Shown: positions 29,957 to 40,551 of the stretch, one piece after another | Layout of the letters: every line of letters begins with the position of its first letter | Numbering within the stretch: position 1 is the first letter of the stretch | Assembly: GCA_963845755.1 (NCBI GenBank) | Contig: CAWJTV010000042.1 | Coordinates: 256,001-320,000 of the forward strand | Direction of reading: 5' to 3' | Length of the DNA stretch: 64,000 bases | From: an uncultured Planctomycetota bacterium | GTDB lineage: Bacteria > Planctomycetota > Planctomycetia > Isosphaerales > Isosphaeraceae | The notes under the pieces: model-generated | What the model saw: the letters and a program-made list of their open reading frames with translations, nothing else | Told to the model about the DNA's origin: nothing | Databases searched by the model: none | Translations under genes and position numbers: made by a program

Positions 29957-31047
29957 ATGCCAGGATCCTCCCCCATCGGCGACATGGCAGATCAGCCTAC
30001 GAGTAGCGAATCCGACACGAAGTCCGCGCTTCCGGATCCGCACCCGGCTGAGGTGACTCACGGCAAGGAAGTTCGGGACGTCGCCCGGGCACTGGCGGCG
30101 TTCGCTCCAAGATTGGGATGGGGGTTGCTGAGTTTGGGACTCCTCTCGGGGCTCGCCCGCGCGCTCGCGCCGGCGGCGGTCGAGTCGCCGACCTGGTCGG
30201 TGTGGGCCGTCGCGGTCGCAAACGGCGTGAGCCTGGGCCTGGCCCTCGGTCTCTCCGGCTGGATTCTGGGGTTGCTCTGTAAGGTGGTCGCGGCCCTCCT
30301 CATCGAACACGTCGATCGGTCGGCGAGCGGCTCGTGGGAGTTGATCGCGGAGCTGAGACGTGTCACGGCCTTGCTAGAGCGATGGATCGAGGTCGGGGGA
30401 TGGCCACGGGAGCCTGCGGTTTCCCAGGGTCCTTCTTCCATCGACCGGACGAGGCGGTTGGCCGAAATCGACCGGGCCCGGCGACTCCGGGTCCTGGGAC
30501 GAAGCGGCGTTGCTCCTCGACGAATTCCAGGAGGCGGTTCCCGGCGACCCGATCATCGCGGAGATGCGGGAACAACTCGATGCCGGCCGTCGCCAGACGA
30601 TCCTGGGAAAGCTGGCTCAGCTCGACGCGGCGCCACCAGGTGAATGACCCGGCCCGGGTCATCGAGTTGTACCTGGGAGTCACCACGTCACTTGAGGACG
30701 AGCAGCGCGGGACCCTGGAGCGCGACCTGGCGAAGTGGTTCCTCGGGCTGATTCAGCGACGGCTGCGGAGCGGCAAGATCCAGCCGGAGGTGGTGTCGCT
30801 GGCGACGCAGGTCGCGGAGACGTTCGCGGGCACGGTCGAAGGGGCCAGCATGCGCGCCGCCTTGCCGACGCTTCGCCGCAGCGTTGGCTTGTGCCCGCGA
30901 TGCGCCCGGCCGTATACGGGGCCCGGCGACGCGTGTCCCGTGTGCCTGGGGACGGCCAAGGGGATCCCTGCCGGGCCGACTTCCGAGCCGACGGGGAGCC
31001 CTCTTGATGCACAGGGTGCCGGTTTCCCGCCCGAGCCGGGGCGTTGA
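29957..31047 (+). CDS. Membrane protein with C-terminal Zn ribbon (frameshifted)
   Basis: Two TM segments, helical domain, CPRC..CPVC; pieces lie in three frames. Confidence 0.6.
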
Positions 31048-31201
31048 GGGTCCGTTTGGACCTACTGAAACGGTCGTGCGTACGATAACCCGACCGGGGT
31101 CGCTTGACGCGGCGACGGGCGTCGGCTAGGGATGAATGTGGAGCAAGTTCGCATCGCACCACACCGTGACGTCTCTGTCGGGTATCCGAAAGGACGGGTC
31201 C

Positions 31202-32558
31202 ATGTTCCGCCGTGTCTTGCCGATCTGGGTCATGCTCTCGATCATCGCCGGTTCCTCAGCCCGGGCACAGTCGCCCTTCCCGAGGAATCTCGTCCCGTCG
31301 CGAACCTCGCTCGAACGGCTGGGGCTGGAGCGTCAATGGTTCGTCGTGGTGCCGCTGGTGGAGACCGAGCGGCTGCTCCGGATCAGTCGCACGGACACGC
31401 TCCTGTTCGCCCAGACCAGCTACGCCAAACTGCACGCCTACGATGCCGAGACGGGCCGGCGGCTCTGGACGGCCCAACTCGGCGAGCGAACGGGATTCGC
31501 GCGGGGCGACCGCCAACTCGTGGGCCGTCTTCGTGACCAACGCGAACACGCTCTACTCGCTCGACCGCGCGACCGGACGGCCGATGTGGACGACCAACCT
31601 CGGTACGATCCCGACGAGCCCTCCCGCCTGCAATGAGTCCCGCGTCTGGGTCGGCATGACCAACGGGCTGTTGATAGGGTTCTCGCTCAAGCGGGCCGAC
31701 TCCAAGGGGAACGAGTCCATCCGCAACACGCCGTACCCGCTCCCGAGCTGGCACGCCGGTCAGACGATCTCCACGCGCCCCCTGCCGGCGGAGAACATAC
31801 TCGCATTCGGCGGCGGAGATTCAAAGACTTACGTCGTGATGGCCGATGAGCCCACGGTCTTATTCCGCATCCCGACCGGTGGCGCGATCGGTGAGGGCCT
31901 GGGCTCCTATGGGACGCGCACCCTGCTGATCCCTTCCGCCGACTTCGTCGTGTATGCCGCGGACCTGCTCACGTCCGACCTGCTCTGGACCTTTGCGTCC
32001 GGCGCCCCGATTCGTCAGGAGCCCTTGGTGGCGGACAATGACGTCTACGTCACCAACGTCGAGGGGTTCCTCTCCAGCCTCGACCCGGTCAACGGGGCAC
32101 GCCGATGGACCGTGGCGACCCAGGGGGGACGTCTGGCGTCGATCAGCGCGACCAAGCTTTATCTCCGCTCGTACAATCTCGACCTCTTCGTGATCGATCG
32201 CGTGACCGGCCGGATGGTGATCGACCCATCCGAGAGCCACCTGCACGCCGGGCTGAATGTCCGCGATTACGACCTGGATATCGTCAATCGGTTCAATGAC
32301 CGCTCGATATTCGCCACCAGCTCGGGAATGATCATCTCCCTGCGGGAGATCGGTCAGACTCAGCCGAGGCTGCTGCGTGATCCCAAAATGCCCCCTTTCG
32401 GGTTTGTTCCTCCGGAGGGGCTCAAGCCGAACTCGTCAGCCGTCCCCGCCGGGGAGGCCGGTGCCGAGCCCGCACCGGGCGCAGCGGGGGAAGAACCAGC
32501 GCCGGCCGGAGACAAAGAGGCCGCCCCTAAGAAAGAGGCCGACGACTCGCCTCAGTAA
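31202..32558 (+). CDS. Exported PQQ-like beta-propeller repeat protein (BamB-like; frameshift near 31505)
   Basis: Signal peptide; repeated D..TG...W blades. Confidence 0.8.
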
Positions 32559-32694
32559 GTGCCACCTGGTCGCGGCCCTCGCCTCTCATCGAATCCGGCG
32601 AGGGCCGCCGGACTTCCAAGACCTTGAGGTCCGCCTCGGATGGGAAGACGGTCGCCGGAAGTTCTGCGAAGTTCACGAAGCGAGAGCGGCTACC

Positions 32695-34301
32695 ATGAGT
32701 GAGAATGTGGTCGTGATTCGGCGCGCCCTGCTGAGTGTCTTCGACAAGCAGGGCCTGGTCGAACTGGCGCGTTTCCTCGCCGGGCAGGGCGTCGAGCTGC
32801 TCGCCAGCGGCGGTACGCGTGCGACGCTGGTCGCCTCGGGACTGGACGTGACCGAGGTGGCCGATTATACCGGTCAACCCGAGGTGCTCGGCGGAAGGGT
32901 CAAGACCCTCCATCCCAAGATCCACGCCGGCATCCTCGCCCGCCGCGACGTTCCCGGCGATCTGGCGACGCTAGAACAACAAGGGTTCCCCGAGATCGAC
33001 CTGGTCGTGGTCAACCTCTACCCCTTCCAGGTCACGATTGCGCACCCCGATGTTACGCTCGTCGATGCGATCGAGAACATCGACATCGGTGGACCGACCT
33101 TGATCCGGGGCGCCGCCAAGAACCACGACCACGTCGCCGTGCTGACGAGCCCCGAGCAGTATGATGCAGTGGCGGCCGCGATTCGCGAGCGCGGAGGGAC
33201 GAGCCTCGAGGATCGTCGCCGGCTGGCCCTCGCCGCGTTCCAGGTGACCAGCACCTACGACTGCGCCGTCGCCAACTATCTCGGCCGGAACTTCGTCACG
33301 CCCGGCGAGGCCGATCAATCCTTGCCGTTCCCGCAGATCCTGGAATATCGCTTCGAACTCCGCTCTCCGTTGCGTTACGGCGAGAATCCCCACCAGAGGG
33401 GTGCGTTCTACGTCGAACCAGCCGCGCGCGGGCCCAACCTCGCGACCGCCACGGTCCGTCATGGCAAAGAGCTGTCGTACAACAATCTGCTGGACCTCGA
33501 TAGTGCGCTCCGGCTGGTCCGGTATTTCGACGAGCCTGCGGTCTGCATCCTCAAGCACAATAATCCCTGCGGCGCCGCGGTGGCCGACGATATGTCCGAG
33601 GCTTTCGAACGCGCATATGAAGGCGATCCGCTCAGCGCATTCGGCGGCATCGTCGCCGCCAATCGACGAGTGGATCGAGCCGCGGCGGAGCGGATGTGCC
33701 AGCCCGGTCGATTCCTGGAGGCGATCCTGGCGCCGGGCTTCGAGGAGGAGGCCCTGGAGTGGCTGACCACCAAGCCGACCTGGCGGAACAGCGTCCGCCT
33801 GATCGAGCTCGGCGCCCCCTAGGACCCCAGGACCCGCCTCCACAAGGCAGCGATCTTCGCCGGATCGAAGGAGGACTCCTCGTTCAGGACTGGGATCAGC
33901 TCGAAGAAGATCCGGTTGCCGGCAGCATTCCGACCCGGCGCTCCCCGTCCGAGAGCGAACGGCGCGACCTCGCCTTCGCCTGGCGCGTCTGTGCGGCGGT
34001 GAAGTCCAACGCGATCGTCCTCGCCCGAGACGGTCGGGTCGTGGGAGTGGGCGCGGGCCAAATGAGCCGGTTGGATTCCGTCCGGATCGCCGTCGAGAAA
34101 GCGGGATCGCGCGCCCAGGGTGCGGTTCTCGCCTCCGATGCATTCTTCCCGTTCCGTGACGGTCCGGATCAGGCCGCGGCCGCCGGCGTCACGGCCATCA
34201 TCCAGCCCGGTGGCTCGCGCCGTGATGACGAGACCATTCGCGCCTGCGACGAACACGAGATCGCCATGGTCCTGACCGGACGCCGCCACTTCCGGCATTG
34301 A
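32695..34301 (+). CDS. purH: Bifunctional AICAR transformylase/IMP cyclohydrolase (frameshift at C-run 33815-33819)
   Basis: [68 protein letters not shown]. Confidence 0.95.
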
Positions 34302-34412
34302 TCGGACGCCTTTACGCCTTCTGACGTCCGATCGTCCGACCGCTATCGTTCACTGTGGTTGGGGCGCGAGTGAAGCGTCGGATGGGACGAGTTCGCGACG
34401 CTCGCCGCGCAA

Positions 34413-36678
34413 TCAACGGTGTCCGCCACCGCCGTGTCCGCCGCCGCCCATGTGACCACCGCCGCCCATGTGCATTCCACCCATGCCGCCCATGTGCATT
34501 CCGCCACCGAATCCGCCGCCAAGCGGGTGTCCTCCCATGCCTCCCATCATCGGCGACCCCCGGAATCCGCCGCCATAGCCACCCATCGGCATTCCACCCG
34601 GATGGCCCCCCATCATACCGTTCATCATCCCTGGATGCGCGCCCATGGCCCCCATTCCAGAGCCGGCTGCACCCATCCGTCCTGCGTTACCGGCCAGCCC
34701 CGGATGGCTCATCCCAGAGCCCGGCATGCCGGTCCCGCGCCCGAGGTTTCCTGCACCTCCGCCACTCTGTGCCAACCCACGGCCCGCACCTGTCATTCCC
34801 TGCCCCGCACCTCCGCGCGAGATCGCCGTCCCCGCACCGGCTTGCCCCGCGCCCTGCCTGCCCCCAAGGGCCGTGGCGCCGCGCACGGAAGACGTACGGC
34901 TGGCGGTTGCGGTATGGGAGTTCACACCATTGTACGAAGAACGCCAGCCGTTGGACCCCGACGAGACAGCCGATGCCTGGCGAACGTGGCCCTGGCTCGT
35001 ACTGGACCGGCTGGCCGTGCGCGTCGAGTTCGAAACTGTGGGAGAACGGATTGGCGAACGGATGAGAAGACGCCGGTGCGTGAGCCCCGCCACGAGAACC
35101 GCTGACAGACCGATTAATGCTGGTGTTCCGGGTGACGTTCACGTTCCGCGTCACCGTGTTCCCGTTCCGTGTGACGCTGACGCTTCGGTTGATGCTGACG
35201 CTCCGGTTGATCGCGACGTTGCGACCAAAGCCACCGCGGAATGGGAAGTGGTTTCGAAAGCCGGGGAAGAACCCATTGCCGAAGCCGAAGCCACCAAAGA
35301 ACGGGAAGCCGAAGCCGAAGCCGAAACCAAAGAAGGGATAACCGAAGCCAAACCCCAGCCCGAAACCGCCGAAACCGAAACCTCCATAGCCCAGGCCGCC
35401 GAAACCGAAACCTCCATAGCCCAGGCCACCGTAACCGAAACCACCATAACCCAGGCCACCGTAACCGAGGCCGAGATAGGGATATCCATAGCCGAAGAAG
35501 GGATACCCATACCCGAAGCCGCCGTACGGATAACCCATACCGAGGCCGAAGGCACCGCCCATCATGCCGCCATAGCCCATGCCGCCATAGCCCATGCCGC
35601 CATAGCCCATGCCGCCATAGCCCATGCCGCCATAGCCCATGCCGCCATACCCATACTGAACCGGAGACGCAGTGTAGGGGTAGCCATTGGCACCGTAATA
35701 GGGATAATCGAGATACCCATAATAACCACCGAGGTTGCCGTAGTCGGCATATCCGTAGTAGCGGCCCGTCTCGTCGTAATAGACGCCCGGATATCCGTCA
35801 TAGTTGGAGTTGGGACGGCCAAAGGCTCCATTGAGCTGACCATACATCTCCGGGGGGATCAGGGTATAGGGTTGATAGGTCAGGTTTTCGGATTGTGGAG
35901 CGGCCTTGTCCACCTCTGCGGGCGCGAAGAGAGTGCCACGGTCTTCCAGGGTGCGGTCCCAGTAGCCATCCTGGAAGACCCAGCCGTCGGGCTGGCGAAT
36001 CCACTGGGAGGGGACCCAGGACCAATCCGGCTGGACCTTCGCCCAGAAGCCTTTCTTCCAGACCACGCCGTTGCCGTCCGGGTAATACTGGCCGGGGATA
36101 AAGAAGCAGTCAGCAGCGGGCTGCTCGCCGGGTTCGTCGTCGGGACGTTCCTCGGGTGGTCCGTCCTTTCGATAATCGAGCCGGTCGGTCTTCCGCTCAC
36201 TCCAGAAGCCGGGGACGCGATACCAGCCTCGATCGTCGCGCTTCCAGTAGCCATTGACCCAGAACCGGCCGGGTGGTGGTACGCGCCATGTGCCGGTGAC
36301 CCAGACGTAATCCTTGCGTCCCTCGTCCCATTCCCAGTAGCCTTCGATCCACTCGGCCCGATCGCTGGGCGGATCGATCGCGGGCTTCTCGCCGATTGGC
36401 CGCGGAGGCGACTTGGGGACGTACGTCGGTTCCCGATCCTTTCGCGGCGAGAGAAACGCCTCGTGAAGGGGCCCCTCCGATATTGGCCTGACCCTCTGGT
36501 TGGCCGCAGGGCCGGCAGGCCGGCTCACACCATCGCCGGCGGGGTTCTTCTCCCCCAAGGGCAAGGGAGCAATCTCCGGAGGCGCCGTGGCCCCGGATTC
36601 CTGAGCAGCCGCCGAAACCGAAAGCGTACTACCAACGAGCAGCACAAGGCCAAACCCGATCTGCTGGACGCGGTTCAT
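34413..36678 (-). CDS. Exported YXWGXW-repeat protein with Gly/Tyr/Phe and Gly/Met low-complexity tails (frameshift near 35040)
   Basis: Signal peptide; GPLHEAF; WIEGYW, WVTGTW, WVNGYW, VPGFW, FQDGYW repeats; YGGMG and GFG repeats. Confidence 0.8.
35371..35649. repeat. Coding tandem repeats: 3 x 30 bp (35371-35460) and 5 perfect x 15 bp GCCGCCATAGCCCAT (35566-35640)
   Basis: Directly visible; encode GGLGYGGFG(F/Y) and MGYGG on the minus strand. Confidence 0.9.
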
Positions 36679-37352
36679 GGCAAGAACTCCGCCTGCATGG
36701 CTTGATCCCAGCGGCCTGGATGATCCCTATGGGAAGAGTACGCTCGTCGGGACCCGATGTTCTAAGACCCTGGAACGAACCGGAGCCATTTTCTTTCTTA
36801 CAATCGTTACCATGTCCGGTCGATTCGCGGTTTGAGGTCGCCTCCGACCTCCGGGTCTTTCGTTCTTTCAACCTCCGAAGGCACCGACGTAATGAGGGGG
36901 CTCGCGACCTCGAGTCTCGAGGTCCTTCGGCCACTCCTCCCGAGCGACATTGTAAGACAGTCGACCTCCGAATATCTACAGACCGGACGCCAATCCCCGC
37001 TTGTTGAGGCTCCTGTTCGCCTCCGCAGCCGAACATGGCTCTTGTGGGTAGTTGGGGGGACAGCAGGCCCTCGGGGTCACGGGGGGAAGCGAAGAGAAAG
37101 TCTCTCAGAATTGCAATCGACCAGCCAGCTCTCGGTCCACAACCAGAATCCCCAAAAGTCGAGCCCCTTTTTTCGCTGGAGACGGTTGCGGACTCTGGAA
37201 TTATGATACGATGAGTCATGTAAGAGTCGCGCGGCCCGCGTTGGGCCAAACCCCTGAGATCGCTGGGTGCTCGCAGTGTCGGACACGCACCCGGGCGAGG
37301 CAGGGAGGCGTGAATCTTGGCTGAGACCGACGATCGGAGGATCGGGTCGTCC

Positions 37353-38219
37353 ATGATACCGGAGGACCAGTCGAGGGCCGACCATTCCCCATCCCCGCGG
37401 GCCGGGCATGCTGGGACGAGTTCGACGACCGGGCACAACCGGACCGAGGGTGCGACGGATACCAATGGCCAAAGGACGTCGCAGGCATTGGGTCGGGGCG
37501 TTCGGGTCGAGTCGGCTGCCGACGAGGAATTCGACCCCGGTTGGGTGATCGAGACGCTGTATAGCCCGTTCCACTGCTTCTATCAGGACGCGCTATACTT
37601 CCATACCCAGAGCCGGCTGGCGCGATCGGAGAGCGAGGCGAGCCGGCTGGCACGGTCGGCCTTGTTGCTCTACCTCTCGAGCGCCGAGGCGCTGGTGCAC
37701 CAGGCCGCTGAGGAGCTCGGCCGCCTCGAGTTGCGCGGCCTGATCGCCGACCCCAGCCGACCGTTGCCCCTGGCGGAGGCATGGCGTCTCCTGCCGGCCG
37801 TCGTGGCCGAGCCCGGGGTCCCCACCGGTCCGTTCGACCCCGAAGCGCCTCCCTGGCCGCAATTTGTCGAGCTCTTGATGCTGCGGACCTCGTGGGCCTA
37901 TCCCGGTCCGGCCTCGGCGCGACGAGCCTTTTACCGATCGGCCCGTCGCGACGGCGAATACGAGCCCATGCAGCCGCACCAGGTTCCGGCTGGGCTCCGG
38001 CGCATCACCCCCCCCGATCGCCTGGCCTTCCCTCGCACAGGATTGCCCCGCGATCCCTATGCCCTTCGCCCGCGCCACCTCGATACGGCCCGCGGCATCC
38101 TGGACGCCGCCCTCGAGGCCCTCGACCGCCGCATGGGTGGGATCCTGACGAAAGGCCAGCGGCATCGCCGCGAGCCCGTCCGGGTCGTTCATCCTTCGCA
38201 GGGTGCCGTCAACGTGTGA
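37353..38219 (+). CDS. Hypothetical protein
   Basis: GGAGG RBS; helical domain with SAEALVH. Confidence 0.65.
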   Translation: MIPEDQSRADHSPSPRAGHAGTSSTTGHNRTEGATDTNGQRTSQALGRGVRVESAADEEFDPGWVIETLYSPFHCFYQDALYFHTQSRLARSESEASRLARSALLLYLSSAEALVHQAAEELGRLELRGLIADPSRPLPLAEAWRLLPAVVAEPGVPTGPFDPEAPPWPQFVELLMLRTSWAYPGPASARRAFYRSARRDGEYEPMQPHQVPAGLRRITPPDRLAFPRTGLPRDPYALRPRHLDTARGILDAALEALDRRMGGILTKGQRHRREPVRVVHPSQGAVNV

Positions 38220-38259
38220 ACGGAAATCAGTCTCCGGCGATGGATGGAGCCCAAGAGTG

Positions 38260-39412
38260 ATGCGCGTGTTGATGGTGACCTCGTTTCCGATCCCCGGCGA
38301 GTACGACGGCACGGCGATGTTGCCGATCAAGATCCTGCGTGCGCTGCGCCGCGCGGCGTGGACGTCGTGGTCGCCTATCTCCGGGCGCGGCCCCCGTGGG
38401 AGCGGTCGATGCGCCGGACCACCTTCGAGGGGACACCGATCTACGAGGTCCCGGCCTGGGCTTGGGCCAGCGGCCTGGGTTTGAAGCGAATTGCCGCGAG
38501 CAGCCGTTCGACCTCGTTCACGCCCAGCATTATGGCGGCGCGACACGTGCCCATCTCGCCTGCCGGCGGTTCGGCTGGCCGATGGTCTACGAGATCCACT
38601 CGCTCCTCGGCGACGAGGTCGAGCGCGATCGACTGGGGCGCGGCTGGGTCTTTCGGACTTACCGAGCTCTGGAGAAACAGGTTGTTCGCCACGCGGCGGC
38701 GGTGATCGCCCTGGGTGAGCCGGTCAAACAGGTGGTCGTCGAGGAGAAGGGTGTCCCTGCCGAGCGGGTACGGGTCATCTACCCGGGCATCGACTTGGCC
38801 GAATACGACGTGCCCGGGCCCGTGGCGTCGATCACGGGAATCGGCCCCCAGCACAAGGTCGTCATGTACGTCGGGAGCATCGTCCATCCCAACCAGGGGG
38901 TGCCGATCCTGATCGAGGCGTTGCCCCGGGTTTTCGCGATGCCCGAGACGCGCTGCGTCCTCGTCGGCGGACCGTCCGAGGCGGGCGAGACCTACCGCAC
39001 CCAACTCGGCCCCCACGCGGACCGGCTGATCGTCCTGTCCGGCCAGACCCCCGATCAGGTCGTCGCGCTGACCCAACGCGCCGACGTCCTGGTCCACCCG
39101 CGACTGGCATGCCGCGAGAACTATTCCGTTCAGAGCAAGCTGGCGGTCTACCTCGCCGCGGGCCGGCCGATCGTGGCCACGGACTTCGGCGACTACCGGC
39201 AGCTACTGGGTGACACAGGCGCGGGACTGCTCACGCCGGTCGAGCCGGAAGCACTTGCCGAGGCGATCCTTCGCGTCCTCGGCGACCCCGCCCTCGCGGC
39301 CCGACTGGCCTCTGCGACGCGCCCGGTGGCGGAAGAGTTTTTTGCGATGGCTCGCAACGCCGACCGCTACCTCGACGTCTATCGACAGGCGGTCGCCGCC
39401 GGACCTCGATGA
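38260..39412 (+). CDS. GT4-family glycosyltransferase (two frameshifts in the N-terminal part)
   Basis: MRVLMVT, FDLVHAQ, VYEIH, VIYPGID, YVGS, KLAVYLAAGRPIVATD. Confidence 0.85.
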
Positions 39413-39464
39413 TGCCGCTCACGCTCCAACACGGCCGTCGGCCACAACCCAATGCGGAGTCCAC

Positions 39465-39534
39465 GATTCGAGATTCCAGATTCAATAAGCATCAATCGTT
39501 GCCCTCTTGAATCTTGAATGTCGAAGCTCGAATC
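39465..39534. repeat. Inverted array of GATTCNA heptamers
   Basis: GATTCGA GATTCCA GATTCAA ... TTGAATC TTGAATG TCGAAGC TCGAATC. Confidence 0.7.
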
Positions 39535-39569
39535 GAGAACCCTTCGGTGGCGGAAGATTACATGAAAAG

Positions 39570-39585
39570 TGGCACGGATCTTGCT
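39570..39585 (+). promoter_or_regulatory. Perfect-consensus sigma54 promoter with no downstream same-strand gene
   Basis: TGGCACG-GATC-TTGCT. Confidence 0.7.
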
Positions 39586-39595
39586 GCAATCGCTT

Positions 39596-39667
39596 TCATG
39601 GCGGGAACGGAGTCCCGTCATCGCGGCAACGCCGATAGATTCACGCCGGACGAGCCGTTCGCGTTTC
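39596..39667 (+). ncRNA. Candidate sigma54-dependent small RNA with a CsrA-type hairpin
   Basis: Predicted +1 near 39596; ATGGCGGGA-ACGGAG-TCCCGTCAT hairpin (39598-39621), then two smaller hairpins; 3' end unknown. Confidence 0.45.
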
Positions 39668-39859
39668 TCAAACCTGGGTGTTGATCAACAGCAGGACCGC
39701 CGTCGCGATGACCAGGATCCCCAGAATCCAGACGCTGAGGCGCAGCGAGTGCCACCAGATCCGACTCCACGCTTCATGCCGTGAGGCCGAGTAGACGAGG
39801 CTGATCGCGATCACGAGGGGGAGGATTAGCCAGTAGATGTGCACGGATGACCGGATCAT
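39668..39859 (-). CDS. Small two-TM membrane protein
   Basis: AISLVYSASRHE between two hydrophobic helices; ATGA overlap with the upstream gene. Confidence 0.7.
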   Translation of the reverse strand: MIRSSVHIYWLILPLVIAISLVYSASRHEAWSRIWWHSLRLSVWILGILVIATAVLLLINTQV

Positions 39860-40401
39860 GCAGAGCCCTCCGGCCGGAGTCCCGCGGCCGGCAGCGGCTG
39901 GGCGGTGGTTCGGGAGGCGGTTTCGTCTTCGAAGTCTTGATAAGCCGGCCCTTCATAGGCGTCGTAGATCGCCAGGATGTTCAAGAGGCCCGCGACCGTG
40001 GTGTAGATCGTCCCGATTTCGACGAGCTTTCCGAGATGCCGTTGCAGGCCGTTCAAGACATTCTGCGGCGGCTCGGCCATGAAACCCCAGAGGATCGGGT
40101 CCCAGTGGTAGTGTTGGAGCGTGCTCTGAATCAGCGCGGGCAGTGCGGGCAATCCGACGAAGAACTGTCCCAGGTAGTAGAGGCAGAACTTCTCCGGGTT
40201 ATTGAACGGGTTCACCCATCGCCAGTAGACGATCTTTCCCTCGCCCATCACCATTCCCATGACATACAAGCCCAGGATACAGACGGCGTACAAGATTCCC
40301 TTGCCGGTTCGACCCTGGTAAAAATGGCCCAGGCCGGGTACCAGCCATGCCAGAAAAGCCGCCTTCGCCGGGTTGCGTAAAGAAATGGTCGGCTCGCTCA
40401 T
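39856..40401 (-). CDS. DUF6677-like membrane protein
   Basis: AAFLAWLVPGLGHFYQGR..KG and YTTVAGLLNILAIYDA. Confidence 0.7.
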   Translation of the reverse strand: MSEPTISLRNPAKAAFLAWLVPGLGHFYQGRTGKGILYAVCILGLYVMGMVMGEGKIVYWRWVNPFNNPEKFCLYYLGQFFVGLPALPALIQSTLQHYHWDPILWGFMAEPPQNVLNGLQRHLGKLVEIGTIYTTVAGLLNILAIYDAYEGPAYQDFEDETASRTTAQPLPAAGLRPEGSA

Positions 40402-40551
40402 GGGCTCCCATTCATCTCCTACGATCGTTACGTCCCTCCGGACGAGAATCGTCAAACCAAGACCACTCGCCATGCTAGCACGAACCCTGCCGGGGAATCT
40501 ACCCCGGTCGTCGCGCCGGTCGGGGTGAGTCGAGTATGAGAGGGATCGGAT

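Noticed and set aside
35371..35649. Tandem repeats as a CRISPR or non-coding array
   Set aside because: Unit lengths are multiples of 3, have no spacers and lie in frame within a Gly-rich CDS.
34645..36705. 686-aa plus-strand ORF with AAIAH repeats
   Set aside because: Antisense shadow of the YXWGXW/Gly-rich gene; such shadows are common at high GC (also 7936-9387, 13898-15778, 18471-19979).
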